A stretch of DNA of 64,000 nucleotides from Eledone cirrhosa (taxonomy: Eukaryota): the NCBI GenBank assembly GCA_964016885.1, contig OZ024742.1, forward strand, positions 87,048,001 through 87,112,000. The letters run 5' to 3'. The notes beneath the pieces are model-generated. The model made no database searches. It was not told the origin of the DNA and saw only the letters and a program-made list of their open reading frames with translations. The translations under genes were made by a program, and so were the position numbers. Below, in pieces: positions 14,886 to 30,000 of the stretch (its first letter is position 1; each line of letters opens with the position of its first letter).

Positions 14886-15980
14886 AATATATATACATAT
14901 ATTATATACAAACATATATATATATGTATATATATATATATGAGTGTTTTTGTATATAATATATGTATATATATGTGTATATAATCGAATCAATAGAGCC
15001 TCCATCAAACTTGAGCATCCCCCTAACTTATCGTGTAAGTGTCATAATATTTCACAGACACTCACCCGAAAATGTATGCCTAATTTATTTATTTTGCTAA
15101 AATGCATTTGCTGAGGTAGGAAATGACATTTACACGTTCTTTTCATTCTCGTCCCATAACTCTGGCGCTTTCTTGACACACCGCATTTCTAGAATATGTT
15201 TAAATATGACGGAGCTCATAACCTCTCCTGTTCTGAATACAGGAGAATTACTCCAGAAAAGGATTGAGGGATTAAAGAATGGAAGTCAGAAAGATATACA
15301 GATGAAGAATTGACCCCTGCATTAGACTGATATTTTTCTATTTCGAAAGGATGAAAGACACAGTTGAACTTAGAGTGCAGACAACCAAAACAAATACCAC
15401 AAATCAATATATCCGACGTTCTAAATACTTATGTCAATTCACTGCTTTGCACACGCATGCATTGCTACGCTAAAATTATCGTATTTTAATAAGAAAATAT
15501 ATTTATTGATCAATATGTAATTTAATAGAAAAAAGAGTCGGAATACTTGGGACGTGCTTTCATTAATTCCTTATTTAATCGAAAGAATCATTCTTAGAAA
15601 TATTTACATATTCGATATCAAACTAATCCGAAATTGTTTCTCTTGATAGTCTTTAGTATCCTACATAATCAACATATTCATAAAGCTTTGAGGGAACAAT
15701 CTTTTTATTGCATTTCGATTTTTGCAAGGAACCTAATGATCTAACTAAAATATTATATCTAGCGTTTGTTATCAATATTCAAGCTATAGATAAATGCAGA
15801 GTTTTAGAATATATACTGCCGCAACCTCTGACTTTAACTAAGATATGAAATTTGACTCTAAATTACATACTCATTCTGCCGTATAAACATGAGAGAATAA
15901 GTGGTAACTAATGTTTTCTATATTATTATGCGGAGAGGAAGTGTCACAGTTGACATGGAACTTGTTCAAAAATAATATGT

Positions 15981-16145
15981 TCTGAGCAGAGAATAATTGT
16001 TTCTACTTTTGGCACAAGGCCAGCAATTAGCCAGTGCATTACTGGTACTTTATTTCATGGACCCCATGAGGATGAAAGGCAAAGTTAACCTTGGCGGGCT
16101 TTGAACTCAGAATGGCAAGGGACGTAACTCTGAGCAGAGAATAAT
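15981..16145 (-). mobile_element. 5'-truncated SINE with 17-bp TSD
   Basis: TCTGAGCAGAGAATAAT at 15981-15997 and 16129-16145. Confidence 0.93.
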
Positions 16146-16412
16146 GCGGATTACGTATATGTACAATATATTAATATTAAGATTCATAATGAACTCGGTG
16201 TAAGTTAATTTTACCATCACTAAAGTTCCTTTGTTCCATTCACTGCAAATTTCAAAAACATTCCTAGTCTTCTAAACTTCATTAAAACACCGAAAATACA
16301 GGCAGTTTTCATTTTAATCAATATCTGGTCGGAAGAACAAATGAGATAAACCGAGAGTTGAGTTTTCCACAACTGTCCTGTGTATTTAGGTTTACCCACT
16401 GAATGTTAGCAG

Positions 16413-16457
<45 letters not shown>

Positions 16458-16519
16458 GCACGCACACACACACACCCACACACACATACACACACGCATA
16501 CACACACACACACACACAC

Positions 16520-16557
<38 letters not shown>
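16413..16557. repeat. (CA)n(TA)n microsatellite
   Basis: Direct reading. Confidence 0.95.
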
Positions 16558-16559
<2 letters not shown>

Positions 16560-17392
16560 TAATGAGAAGTATACAAATATATGTGTATACATACATATAC
16601 ATGTATATATAAACATATATTTTTCACAAGTATGTGAGATTGTATGTTGTCGACCTTAACCAGTGTTACTCTGATTATGAGAGACAAAATAATCGAAATA
16701 ATTAAATTGACACAATATCAGAGTTATGTAAAGTATTATAAAAAGGAATAATAGATACAATATACCTATTTTTTCTTTCGTCCCGACTGTACAGTTTCGC
16801 TGGTCACTATGCAAGAATGTTATATCATAGATATACAACATCGTTGTGAGGTAAGCTAGCTTATCAAGGGAGCACCTCAGGGAAGAGCCCTAACTACATA
16901 CGTCCGTAGCATGCGAGAAAATCTCAGAAAGGCGGAGGGAGAAGGTCACGTGATACACTGGTCAAGAAAGGGGATTAATCCCTTGTAGCAGTGAAAATAT
17001 CTCAGAAGGTGGAGGGAGATATTGATGTGATACATAGGCTACAGAGGGGTGGTAAGGTTGACTAGAAGTGTATATAGTGTTTGCTTGAAAGCAGTCACTA
17101 TACTTCCGTGGTTACTCTACCGCGAGGGAGTTAGAGACAATAATGAGAGGTATACAAATATATGTGTATACATACATATACATGTATATATAAACATATT
17201 TTTCACAAGTATGTGAGATTGTATGTTGTCGACCTTAACCAGTGTTACTCTATGATTATGAGAGACAAAATAATCGAAATAATTAAATTGACACAATATC
17301 AGAGTTATGTAAAATATTATAAAAAGGAATAATATATACAGTCGGGACGAAAGAAAAAAATAGGTATATTGTATCGATTATTCCTTTTTAGA

Positions 17393-17400
<8 letters not shown>
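16558..17400. mobile_element. Partial-tandem plus inverted-end element in (TA)n (family E, second copy at 24398)
   Basis: ~580-bp monomer restarts at 17141 (TAATGAGA..). Terminal segment 17337-17398 is the reverse complement of ~16733-16793. Confidence 0.8.
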
Positions 17401-17433
<33 letters not shown>

Positions 17434-17436
<3 letters not shown>

Positions 17437-17832
17437 TTTTGAAATAGCGATTGGTATACATACTATACGTACATTCATATACATATCGCTATTTCAGAGC
17501 ACCAATACTAATTCATGATTTTTGCTGAAACGGCAACTAATCTGTTTAAGTAGCTCTTAAAAATAACTGAAATTCTATAAGAATCTATCGTCTATAACTC
17601 TCGCCAGAAGCACAAGCGTATGCAGTCTTCATAACCGCTTATGGGTGAGAAACGTGAACGTCAGTTACTCCCTTTGATTTGCCGAGGCTAATTGATATGT
17701 GACGGATCACTGCTTTAAAATGCATAGCGAATGGTCTTCAAAATGTTTTTAAATATACATACAGAATATTATCAAATATACTATACTGACACTCATATAT
17801 ACAGCGCTATTTCTGAGCCCCAACACTAATGA
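17434..17832. mobile_element. Partial-tandem element in (TA)n (family F, ~318-bp monomer)
   Basis: CATTCATATA..CGCTATTTCAGAGCACCAATACTAAT at ~17472 recurs at ~17790. Homologous to 19083-19470. Confidence 0.6.
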
Positions 17833-17857
17833 TGTATATGTATATGTACATAGGTGT

Positions 17858-17922
<65 letters not shown>

Positions 17923-19082
17923 AACTCTAGTTGAATATATTGAATCTGGTAACATAGTAGGTACTTTGATATTAGCTCCGAATAATTGATTTATCTGATT
18001 TCATGAAGCTCCTAATGCTACTGCTTATAAATATAAAATCAATTGATCGATAGATTAGTATAGCTATTTGCATTAAAAGCCGTCCCGCAAAATGGTTGTA
18101 TAAAATAGTCGTTTCCAATTGTCCAGTATTTTATTTTATTTAATGTATGCATTCGTCGTTGGCTTCATCTTCTTAAAATGTCTGTAAGTTTCAAAAGTTC
18201 AGAATCCCTTGATATGCGAATAAATTAATAATGTGTTAAACATGTTTTGAATTATCATCCAATTTCAATTTATCTTATCTTAATTTATTTTAAGTAGATA
18301 AAATGGATAGTAGTGTAATTATTTGTCGATCTATGAGCCCTGACTGGACCGTGGAACATTAAGTTAATTATGTATCTTAATTTCGGAAATATAATATATT
18401 TTCCTTGGTATCCATAAAGACAACAATGTTATACTAATCATATAATGTTTTGATAATCAGAAAATGGTATACCTTGACATTAATTAACCAAATATATTAA
18501 CGATTCTATAATAATATTGAGATTAGTGGAAGACAATGTACATATACAATTTTACGTTGAAATATTTTTTTTTTCTAATTTAGAGTGATAAATGAAACAG
18601 CATGCGTTTATAGTGAAAGGGAAACATTAACCAATATATATATTTGCGATTTGAGAAATTAAATAAAAGAGTAAATGAATTATTATGTTTCAAAATATAA
18701 AATTTTCAGATTATATTTTTTTAATAATTGAAATCAGTTAAACATCATATGTTAGACTGTCATGTTTACCACGGTATTTCTGGTAATGCATTATATGTTG
18801 TGTTACAAGGGATTTAATTCATATGTCACTAAAGAAACGGGAGACGTACAGTTGCAAACGAAATACATACATCATATATTATGCAAGGGGACGTTATGAA
18901 AATAATGCTGAACTACTATGACAAAAGTAGTCATTTAAATTCACACTTGCACTATAATATACGCTAATATATGAGTTAGACAGGAGATTAGATAGACATT
19001 TTTAGTGACAGGTGAAATTGTTTGCAATTGTTGAAGATTTGTTATGAAAAGCAGCCAAGCAACTATACACGTTCCGACATTT

Positions 19083-19466
19083 CAACTGATCTCCCGCTGT
19101 CTGCCTAAAATTTAAGTAATCGACAATGTCGCTACTTTAAAACAATAGCGTATGGTCTTCAAAATGCTTTTAATTAAGCATACAGTGTATTGCACACTAC
19201 CCTATATATACATTCATATATATATGGCTATTTCAGAGCACCAATTCTAATTTTCACTTTCTGCTTGGCCGGCGACCGCTCTGTAAAATCAGTTCCTGAT
19301 TGTTAATGGAATTCTATAAGAATCCAACATTCATAATTTTCGGCAGACGAGTAGAGTACTGGGTATTGACAAGTACGAATTAGTACGAAACAGCGCTGTT
19401 AACTCATCTCCCGGGTCTGCCGAAAATTTAAGTAAGCGAAAATGTCACTACTTTAAAACAATAGCG

Positions 19467-19470
<4 letters not shown>
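19083..19470. mobile_element. Family F copy (~316-bp monomer, partial tandem) abutting (TA)n
   Basis: AACTGATCTCCCG..CTACTTTAAAACAATAGCGTAT occurs at ~19085-19153 and ~19400-19469. Confidence 0.6.
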
Positions 19471-19502
<32 letters not shown>

Positions 19503-19988
19503 AACATATATAAATATATTTCGATTTTTGTATATGTTTGCAAGATTTATTATGTGAAAATTGGGGGTTGACACAAATATTATTGTAGTTTTTGAGCGTC
19601 ATGTCGGCAAAATTATCCATGAGACTGTTGGTATGGACTGTAATTTATTACATATTTCCAGCGGGTCACAACACACAAACAAGATCGTATAGGACAGACC
19701 ATAGGAGAGTCACAACATAAATTAATCACTGAGAAGGTTACAGAATGCGTGAGGGAAGAGCTTTGTCAAGAAACAAACGACCCCCACCCCACGGTTATTT
19801 AACTAACCGCCTTGAAATGTGTTATAAATTGAAACAAAAATCAATAGATTCTTGAGATTTATATTGGTAGCGTGAACCTCCCAGAGTTTAATAATACACC
19901 TATACACACATACACACACACATTCACATACACATACACACACACATAGACACATACGCGCACGCACACACGCATATATATATATATC

Positions 19989-20026
<38 letters not shown>

Positions 20027-20499
20027 CATAAATACACATATTCATATTTATACATATATATACATTCATTTATGTATGCATACAAGTCTGCACACAAAGA
20101 AAGACTTATATTGAATCACAGTTATGTAAATATGCAAACATAACTTTTTCTACACAGGATATGAAATACACTCAATCACATCTAAAATACACACGACCAC
20201 ACATTTATTGTCCTACACATATTAATAGTATATATGTTGGCAACATATACATACATCTTGAGGTGTCGTGCTTCATGCCAGATATAAAAAAAAATATTTC
20301 ATAAGTATCTTACTGGAGGATACATCGTATATACATTAAAACGCAAGAAAACACAAAGGATTATTGTTAGAAGAGTATATTAATTTGAATCGAAGGGTGT
20401 TTAACACATTGAACACTCTCTGGGTGAAGTGAGAATGGCATGATATATATTCAGTTTCAATAACATTTTAGAATGTACTCAGGATTAAATAAAGATAAA

Positions 20500-20705
20500 A
20501 GATTCAGACACTGGAGAAGGAATACACACATCTGTAATATAATTGCAGAGATCGTCGTGTCTCGATACTTAGGGAAGTGGAGTGGGTAATAGGAATAGAA
20601 TCAGGACCCCGACTGCTGAGCTCCGGCCGTTTCGTCAGCTAGACCCGAATTTACTCATGGGACGAGTTTGGTGGAAGTAGATTCACAACAGTTCACTATA
20701 CTCGG
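20500..20705 (-). mobile_element. Diverged partial copy of the 58985 fold-back family (G)
   Basis: GTGGGTAATAGGAA..GACCCCGACTGCTGAGCTCCGGCCGTTTCGTCAGCTA matches the arm and tail of 58985-59707. Confidence 0.65.
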
Positions 20706-20708
20706 ATA

Positions 20709-21022
<314 letters not shown>

Positions 21023-23039
21023 TTCATGCGTGCTTCTTGAGATTCACTTTGTAAATTTCCTGCATACATCTGTTTTTCGGTACGCGAAAAAGAAATACCG
21101 ACAGCAAATTAAAATACCATACTGTGGACAAAATATTTATATATTCTCTGGTCCGGCAGAGTTTCAAGTGATTATATGAATATATGTTTCGTGGTACCTT
21201 TAAACAACTTAATTTCCGAGCAAATATATAACTGCTACTCATTCAAAGATTGTAGAAAAATGGAAATATTCACTATTAATAGAAGTGTGATATTGCGATT
21301 CTTAATATGAAAGTGTATACAGTATGTTTATAACTTATTTATATTTTTCTTACTATGGATTTTAAGATGTGATCCTAACAGTAGCCCTCTGAGAATGGCA
21401 TGATTTGGGATTTGAAGCTTTCTTTATGATTTCAGTGATGCCTCCACGCAGTGTTTTAAATACAGTCAACGCTCATATAATCTTTGTGTATGGAGCGGCT
21501 GCTGGAGTTACTCAGTTCTATAAAGCTTCTCTGTCTGCTATTAATTAACGATCGTAGCAATGCCGCCTGATTCGAAATAGGTTCGTTTATGATGTCTTAT
21601 ACAACATGGTAATGTATGACAATTACAAATTTGTATTGTGTTTGTTACATGCAGCCCGTTTTTCGTGTAAGGACACCACTGACTAATATTTAAGCAATGT
21701 CATCTCTTAAAGTTGAAACGAATCTATTCATACACTCGTTTTATATACGTTGGTATAGGCATATAAAATGAATTTCGGTAAATTAGTGCTAATGTAAATT
21801 AATTTCAGCCTATCATATTTGCAATATGATGTTCCACTCTCCATCAGATATTTCACTGACAGAATGACATGGATGCAGTTTAAAAGACACATAGTGATAT
21901 TGAAATCTATTTATCAAACATAAATATGGAAATATACTAATCCAAGAGCGCTTCCCTTAATGTATATATATATATATATAATAAATGTAAAAATGTGTGT
22001 GTTGCCTTACTGAAGTGCAATTAAAGATTAATTTAATGAATGAATGAAATAATACCGAAAGAAATATCAAACAATCAGAACAATGAATTGTTTGTAAGAG
22101 AAATGATTAATTTATTGAATAAATATTATAATGATGAAATAACTGATTCAATAGAAAATGAAGAAATACATACAATTTGAATAATTAGACATTTGCATAA
22201 TTATAAATATAATTCGATAAATAGACACTTGATTAATAACACTGCATAAATTATCGACATGCCAGTGAAAGTATTCAAGATGTAACGAAAAACTCGAATC
22301 ACGAATAGAGTTGCAGAATAGATGCGATATTAGGTTACAGTATACATTACAAATAAGAAAAGCCTATAGTAACGGAAGAAATATTTAACGTCTGCATAAG
22401 ATTTAAATGTCAACGCGTGCCAACTTTGAAATTCCGTAAGGAATTAAATTATATATTCTATATAATTATATACGCACACAAACACGACCGCGGCGTTGAA
22501 AAAGAATGTGTTGCTATCTGTGTTCGTATGCTACCAATAAAAACAAACACACCAGTTGGTTTTCACTTTAATTTATTATAAACTCCAACTTGGTGAATTT
22601 AATAACCGGATGGTTGTTTATTTGTTTATTTCCAAAGCTCTTTCGTCACACATTGTGTGCCCTCATCAGTATCCACTTTGTCATTTCATACATCATTACG
22701 TTTTTTTGTACACGGTTCATGAAAACAATCATAAGCCATCTTGATAAGATGGTTTAGAATTTCAGGCTGCCACCACATGGAACAGGACATAGTGCTACTG
22801 CTCTAGTTGTTACAGGTAAATGAGAGGTATTTCTGACTAAAGCTATCTTTGAACTCCTTTACAGTTAGACATAACTGTTTTGTCCGCAAAAATCTTGCCC
22901 TCAAACAGTATCTGTAACTAGCCTATTCCTAGCAGAGCGGGATCCACCCAGATGGCATGCGACACAGTATCGGCAGTAGCAGGTTGTTTTGCTTTTGGCT
23001 AGTGTGTACCCGTGTTTATAGTATTATAATATATGTTGA

Positions 23040-24300
23040 TCAAAACATGTTCACAGTTTGAAGAGCGTGTTGTTGCGCTAGATTGATATTTACGTTTTTG
23101 GTTGTACGCAGCCGCAGCAAAGCTATGAGCGGATGGGCTGTCTCTGCACAGTGGGGTATAAATCTTCTGTAGAAGTTCACCAGCCAAGAAATTCTCGCAG
23201 TTTGCGGAGAGATGTGGGCTTTGGAGAATCAATGATGGATTTGAGTTTCTCATTAAGTGGGCGAATGCCATCTTTATCAATGATGTGTCCCAGAAAATGA
23301 AGGGAGGCAACTCCGAACTCACATTTGTTGGGGTTGATAATAATTCCGTATTCACGCAAGCGTTCGAATACCAGGTGTAGGTGCCTCTCATGTTCTTTAT
23401 CGCAGCCGCTGGCCATCAGTAAGTCGTCGATGTATGCGTATACAAAAGGTAGACCTCTGGTGACTGTATCATTGAACCGTTGGAATGTCTGCGCTGCATT
23501 GCGCAAACCGAGAGGCATACGCAGGAATTCGATCATTACAAAAGGTGTTCTTACGGCGGTCTTCGGGATATCAGCGGGCTCCACAGGTATCTGATTGTAA
23601 GCTCGCACAAGATCGATCTACGAAAATATGCAAGCTCCATGCAGCGAGCTAGAGAAGTCCTGTAGATGAGGCACTGGATAAGAGTCAGGCACAGTGCAGT
23701 TGTTCAGTGCACGGTAGTTGCCACAGAATGGCCAGTCGTTCGACGACTTCTTGGGTACACAATGTATGGGTGAGGACTAGTTGCTGCTGGACGGACGTAT
23801 GATGCCGAGATGTAGCATGTGTTGAAATTCTTGTCTGACGGACTTCAGACGGTCTGGTGGTAGCCTTCTAGGTCGTGCAGCGACAGGTGGGCCGTGTGTT
23901 TTTATCTGATGGGTGACGTCATGTTTTACAGGTCAGGGGTTGAATACTAGTCGAGGTACGTCTGGGTATTTGTTTGATTATATAGCTGTGCAGGGTTGTT
24001 GTTGCCGATCGTGAAATAACTGGACTGACTGTGGCTGTCCGAGCGGCTATGCCGCACACAGCGAGACCAGTGGATTTGTCAACGAGTCGTCGGTTTTTCA
24101 GGTCCACTATCAGTTAGAAGTGCTGAAGAAAGTCAGCTCCTAAAATAGGAGTCGGCAGCTTTGCCACAACGAATACCCACTGGAAAGTGCGGCGTAGTCC
24201 TAAATTTAGTGTCAGGACTGCTCTGCGTAGGTCGGAATAGGTGAATGGTTCACCGCATGGAGCCATGCGCGTTCTTATGGTTGTCCGCCCTGTTCCGTAT
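23040..24300 (-). pseudogene. Gypsy/Ty3 LTR retrotransposon pol fragment (protease + RT), disrupted
   Basis: LTLNLGLRRTFQWVFVVAKLPTPILGADFL, RAYNQIPV, RMPLGLRNAAQTFQR, YIDDLL, FLGHII, LREFLG. Contains stops and frameshifts. No LTRs seen. Confidence 0.9.
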
Positions 24301-24397
24301 AACCACGATCAGTCCGAGCTGTTGATCCGCAGAAGGTGAAACAATTGTTCTCGGTATGGTGAACTAAATCTTGTGTTACTACGTATATATATATATA

Positions 24398-25478
24398 TTA
24401 TAAAGTAAGAAGAAATATTAGACACATATATATATACCTATTTTTCCTCAATGTCCCGACTGTAGAGTTTCGCTGGGTCAGTATGCAAAAATCTTACATC
24501 ATAGAGATGCACCATTGTTGTGAAGTAAGCCAGCTTATGAAGCGAACACCCCAGGGAAAGAGCCCTAATAGACACGTTCGTAGCATGCGAGAAAATGTAA
24601 AAAAACGCGGAGGGAGATACTATCACGTGATGCACCGGTCAAGAAAGGCGACTAAATCCCTTGTAGCAGAGAAAATTATCTCAGAATGCGGAGAGGGATA
24701 TTGATATGATACAGAGGCTACAGAGGGGTGGTAAGGTTGAGTGAAAGTGTTTATAGTGTTTGCTTGAAAGCAGTTACTATACTAGAGCAACACAGGTTAA
24801 AGTCGACAACACACAATCTCACATGTGTATATATGCATGTGTATGTATGTATGCGCACATGTGTGCGTACCTCTCATTATTGTTTCAAACTCCCTCACGG
24901 TAGAGTAACCACGAAGTATAGTAACTGCTTTCAAGCAAACATCTATACACACTTTCAGTCAACCTTACCACTCCTCTGTAGCCTCTGTATCATATCAATA
25001 TCCCCCTCCGCCTTCTGAGATATTTTTCTCTGCTACAAGTGATTTAGTCCCCTTTCATGACCGGTGTATCACGTCATAGTATCTCCCTCCGTCTTTTTGA
25101 GATTTTCTCGCATGCTACGAACGTGTCTAGAAGGGCTCTTTCCCTGAGGTGTTCCCTTGATAAGCTGGCTACCTCCAAACAATGTTGCATCTCTATGATG
25201 TAAGATTTTTGCATACTGACCAGCGAAACTGTACAGTCAGGACATTGAAGAAAAAATAGATATACATATGAGTCTACTATTTCTTCTTACTTTATAATAT
25301 GTTACATAGCTCTGATGTCGAGTCAATTTAATTATTTCGATTATCTTGTCTCTCATAATCATAGAGCAACACTGGTAATGGTCGAGACACAAACAATCTG
25401 ACATGCTTGTGAAAAAAATGTATGTGTATATATACACGTGTATGTATGTATGTATGCGCATATATGTGCGTACCTCTC

Positions 25479-25482
<4 letters not shown>
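24398..25482. mobile_element. Family E fold-back/partial-tandem element in (TA)n
   Basis: ~385-bp inverted arms at ~24399-24783 and ~24915-25298. TACCTCTCATTA recurs at ~24868 and ~25471 (~600-bp monomer). Homologous to 16558-17400. Confidence 0.8.
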
Positions 25483-25544
<62 letters not shown>

Positions 25545-25547
<3 letters not shown>

Positions 25548-25680
25548 TTAATATAGATGAGATTCTACAGGACTAGAACTGTTTCATTCATTTGAAATCA
25601 TCAGGAATCTGTTATACTCTGCTATGTATTGAGTACCTTACTTACTGTGGTTACCTCCGATTCAACCCGGAATAACGAAT
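25545..25680 (+). mobile_element. Family B copy lacking one arm; retains the minus-strand hammerhead (25560-25610)
   Basis: Nearly identical to 12165-12358 except for a ~59-bp deletion. Confidence 0.85.
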
Positions 25681-26316
25681 ATATATATATATATATATAT
25701 ATAAATATATATATATAAATGGAATAGAATGAAACGAAATTTCATTTCTCACTCTTAGTACGGCACTTACTTAAATGTAAGTATCTATGTATGTATACGT
25801 ACATACATATATGTATACAGACTTACAGTAGTATGTATATATATATATATATATGCACGTATCGGTTTACCGAACATTTATTATAATGCTCGGTAAACAA
25901 ACAGACAGCCCGAATTACACCGTACAGTGTTTAGGCTACCACGTCACATCTTTGTTCAACACTGACACAGGAACGATGTATTAGTTTTAAGCTTATTATC
26001 TTTCGTCAGCATCGTATACCTTCCTGCCAGATGGTTGAACGTCTGAAAGTATATACATTCCTTATGTAAATTAACGACTGAGCAGCCTAATTTGCATATC
26101 GAGTGAGTTCAGTTTGGCTGTAGCCAGAGAACTGCATGCGGTTGATGAAGTGTTGGATGTGTCTTTCCATTTATGTTGGGTCGCACATGCGGGACACGTT
26201 CTTCACCACTCGTACCAAGTCTGCGATCAGAATATTAAGCTTAGCACTACTGGACATTGCTGAGGTTTTGAGTATCAGGTCATTGGAGGCCATGGGTTTA
26301 GCATGTGTATTCTCTT

Positions 26317-26409
26317 ATTAATTCTGGCAATATTATTACACAAATATGACCCTCCCTAAGTATAACAATATTTGTTTCGACACACCATTTCATATCAAAA
26401 ACCTCGCAA

Positions 26410-26413
<4 letters not shown>
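26317..26413. mobile_element. Fragment of family H abutting (TA)n
   Basis: Reverse complement of ~55566-55660. Confidence 0.7.
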
Positions 26414-26463
<50 letters not shown>

Positions 26464-26972
26464 CATATAATTATTAGTGCAATAATGTACTGCCGCTACA
26501 TTGTTTCACTATGAATTCTATTGCATAAATATCAACATATATTTAAGGAAAATAAAAATAAAAATAAAATAAATGTTAACTGCACGTGTAAGACGTATTT
26601 TGTTTATGCGTATTACGACAAATTTGTAGACAAATATTCTACTCTTATGGACAGATCGTATCAATGTTCACGAATGCTAGTCCTGTTGTCTTTATAATGT
26701 GGAAAGGGATATAAGTCGAAGCAATTCAATATGGTCGATAAGATGAGGGTAACGAAAATCTTAGTTACATGGTAATCGTTGTTTTCGTTGCTGTTTCATT
26801 TGTCTTTACATTTTGTATTATATATAGATATAGATATGTTCTGATTGTTGCAATGATAGAAACAAATTGTGTTTGACAAATACAACTTCTCATATAATTG
26901 AGTTGCCTAATAAGATAACCGGGTTTTAAATACAGCTAGTCCTTGTATATATATATATATGTGGGTGTGTGT

Positions 26973-27015
<43 letters not shown>

Positions 27016-30000
27016 TATGGATGTGTGTGTGTGTGTGTGTCTATATGTGTATGTGTATGTGTGTGTGTGTGTGTATGTGTGTGTGTTTGTGCTTATGGTT
27101 TTATATGTGTCTGAGTATCAGTAATGGAATTCCTTCCAATTCTTTATATTGAATTCTGGTCATTTTTGGATAAAACATTATTCTTTATATGAAGTGCTTA
27201 AATGTGATAAACAACTGAATTTGTCAATTCGTGTTATTGATAATAGATTTGTCTTAATAAAATGTGTATATCGTTCAACTAGGCACGGTAAACATACGAA
27301 TAATACACAAGATCAGAAATGGAGAGGTTAATGACAAACATATATTATACTATATGCTGTAGCAACGATTATGACAGTAATGCTTGTTTGAACACAATGA
27401 GTAGGGTGCACAAATATGAGTCATGTTATTTTCTATCTGTTTGATATTTATGGAATTTCACCCATTTCGAATTTCATAGCAGTTATGTATCAGTAATAAA
27501 GTTTTTTCTTACTAAGTTGGCCACATCATATGCTAAAAACTATTTAGAGACGAGAAGTTTAGAAGTTGCCTTTCTTACATATAATCTTTTTGAACCACAT
27601 GCAGATCTAAGCATTTCTTTCATTTCAAATGTAATATGTTAGAAATATGGTGTACTTGACAAATGATCTACATCTGCAAACTAAAACTAATGACATATTT
27701 GGAGTTAGATACGTGTTTGTTGATCAACAGCAATATGTACTTAAATGATTTTCCATAACCCAGGCACATGCGTATATATGCATATCTAAAATGTCCCAAA
27801 CAAATGTATATACAAACGGCTATGCATTCTAATAATATTGCCTGTACAGGTTATCAAAGTGTGATTACATTTTTTGGCACACCCATTATATATTCACCCA
27901 GATGTACATACATATGCGTATGTATATTTGCAAGTATGTGTATATCTTTATATGAAATAATGTGTAAATATAAAGAAAAACACGAGTGCACCATGCATAA
28001 ATTCATATAAAATAAATGGTAAAATATAAGTTTCATTTTCTTAAATCATGACACAAGGAATGGATTCAAAATATTAAAATGGCTTTGCATTTTATAGTTA
28101 AGTATTTTTTTACTATCGATTTTCTCAACCTCACTCTTTCACGTATATACAATTCAAATTATGAACACATAAACTTGGCTTGGTGAAATATTATGTTCAT
28201 TTGATTGTTATATTGACCAACGCTTTGATAACATTTTACGAATTATCTGATTGAAGTTTCGCACAATTTATGAGTAACCTCAGAGCTACCGTATGTACTT
28301 TATTAAATATCCTTTTTATTTATATATTATCTTTTAAACTAATGTCAGATATCACAAATGTATTCCATCAAATAATTATTATTTGCATTATAATTATATA
28401 TTATTAGATAATTGTATAAGATATACTCCGTTATATTATTTTAAACTCTGAAGAGAACTAATAATCATACTTCGTATGATCTAGGCACATCTTTCAAAAG
28501 ATACATCCAAGTTCAGGCTTGATACATTTGTAACGTCAATGTGTTTATGAAATGCAGTTTCATATTGACAATCATTATTCCGTGATTAGCAATATCATTC
28601 TGATAATATTAATTTAATAATTTTAAGCATGTTATTCAGAGTGAAAATGTTGTCGTATGAATTATAAAACATTACAACACTGTATTATATATATTTCAGC
28701 TGACATTTAATAATTCATTTAGAAAAATACTTTTATTTCTCACTCAGTCGTTCAGTTGTATAATTTTCTTCTGATACAACAGACAACCTCATGCCTTTTA
28801 AGTAACGTATATTAATATAATTTTATAAAACAACAGGACTTCTCAGAGAGTAGAAGGAAACTATCCATTCCTTTCTAACCATAAACGGCGTTACTGTGCT
28901 TTACCTGAGTTATGATCTTTCAGTTTAACATTGAGCTACTTCTAATAAATACACATGGAAGTTCTTCTCTCAAATAATAGACAAATTAGATCGACAGATA
29001 TTACTCTACTAAACTATCTACGATTGGAGAAATGAATGGTGTATACTTTCAATGCGACCTATTCTTTGTATTTTAATTATAAAATAAATGTCTAACATAT
29101 TTCTTTAAAAAAAATTATAGTCAATACACAATTTCCTATTCCAAAAATCTGACTTTTAACAGCAACAAATATGTTTTTCTTATATGTACATATACATCAA
29201 CATTGAGAAATGACCTCCCTCCCCACAATTTTAAGAAAATTAACTGAATGTTGTTTCTAAGATACCCCTGTTTTTTTCGGTTTAAATCAATTTGTTCTTA
29301 CATTTAATTAAATAATTAAATGTTGATAAATACAGCATAATATCAGTATATAGTCCTGAGCATTCTAAATTGCTTGAACTCTAGTTTAATTAACAACGAA
29401 TCTTCAAACAAATTGTTAAAAAAAGAAATAATAATTTTGTTTCCTTAGACATTCTTTAATTAGGAAAGCATCATGAATGCTAAAACAGAAACAAACAGAG
29501 TACTTATAGAACAATTTGAACTCATTAACTTCTCTAATATGCCCGAACTTCAAATGACACTGCATAATTCTTTTCTTACAAACAATTAATTCGATATTGT
29601 TGTATTAAATGTTTTAGTAGTTGCATTTCTTGTTTCCTTTTCACGTCATGTCATATGTTTCGGAAGGAAAAAAATAGTGATGATGCTAAATATCACGTGT
29701 AGTGCATGATGAAAAGCATCATGGCATTATAATCACTTAATGCCTCAGTTGAATTGTTCCGGAAGACAATTTTCTGACTTAATTACTAAGATGTGTGTCA
29801 CCTATACTTGGAATTGAAAGCATATTACATATCATTGAAATATCTCATTTTTTAAGTATGTTTACGCGTGTTATAGTGTGGAGGTAAAAAGTGTGTAGCG
29901 TATTCATGTATTATTGTTTAACATTGTATTTGTTGCAGATTAGATTCAGACCATTTAATAATATACGTGAGCAGCATATATGTATCTAATATTATCTATA

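Noticed and set aside
16558-19470. Spaced direct repeats considered as a CRISPR array or LTR pairs
   Set aside because: Only ~1.2-1.4 units, no short repeat-spacer periodicity, no cas genes, no TG..CA ends or PBS, and a eukaryotic context.
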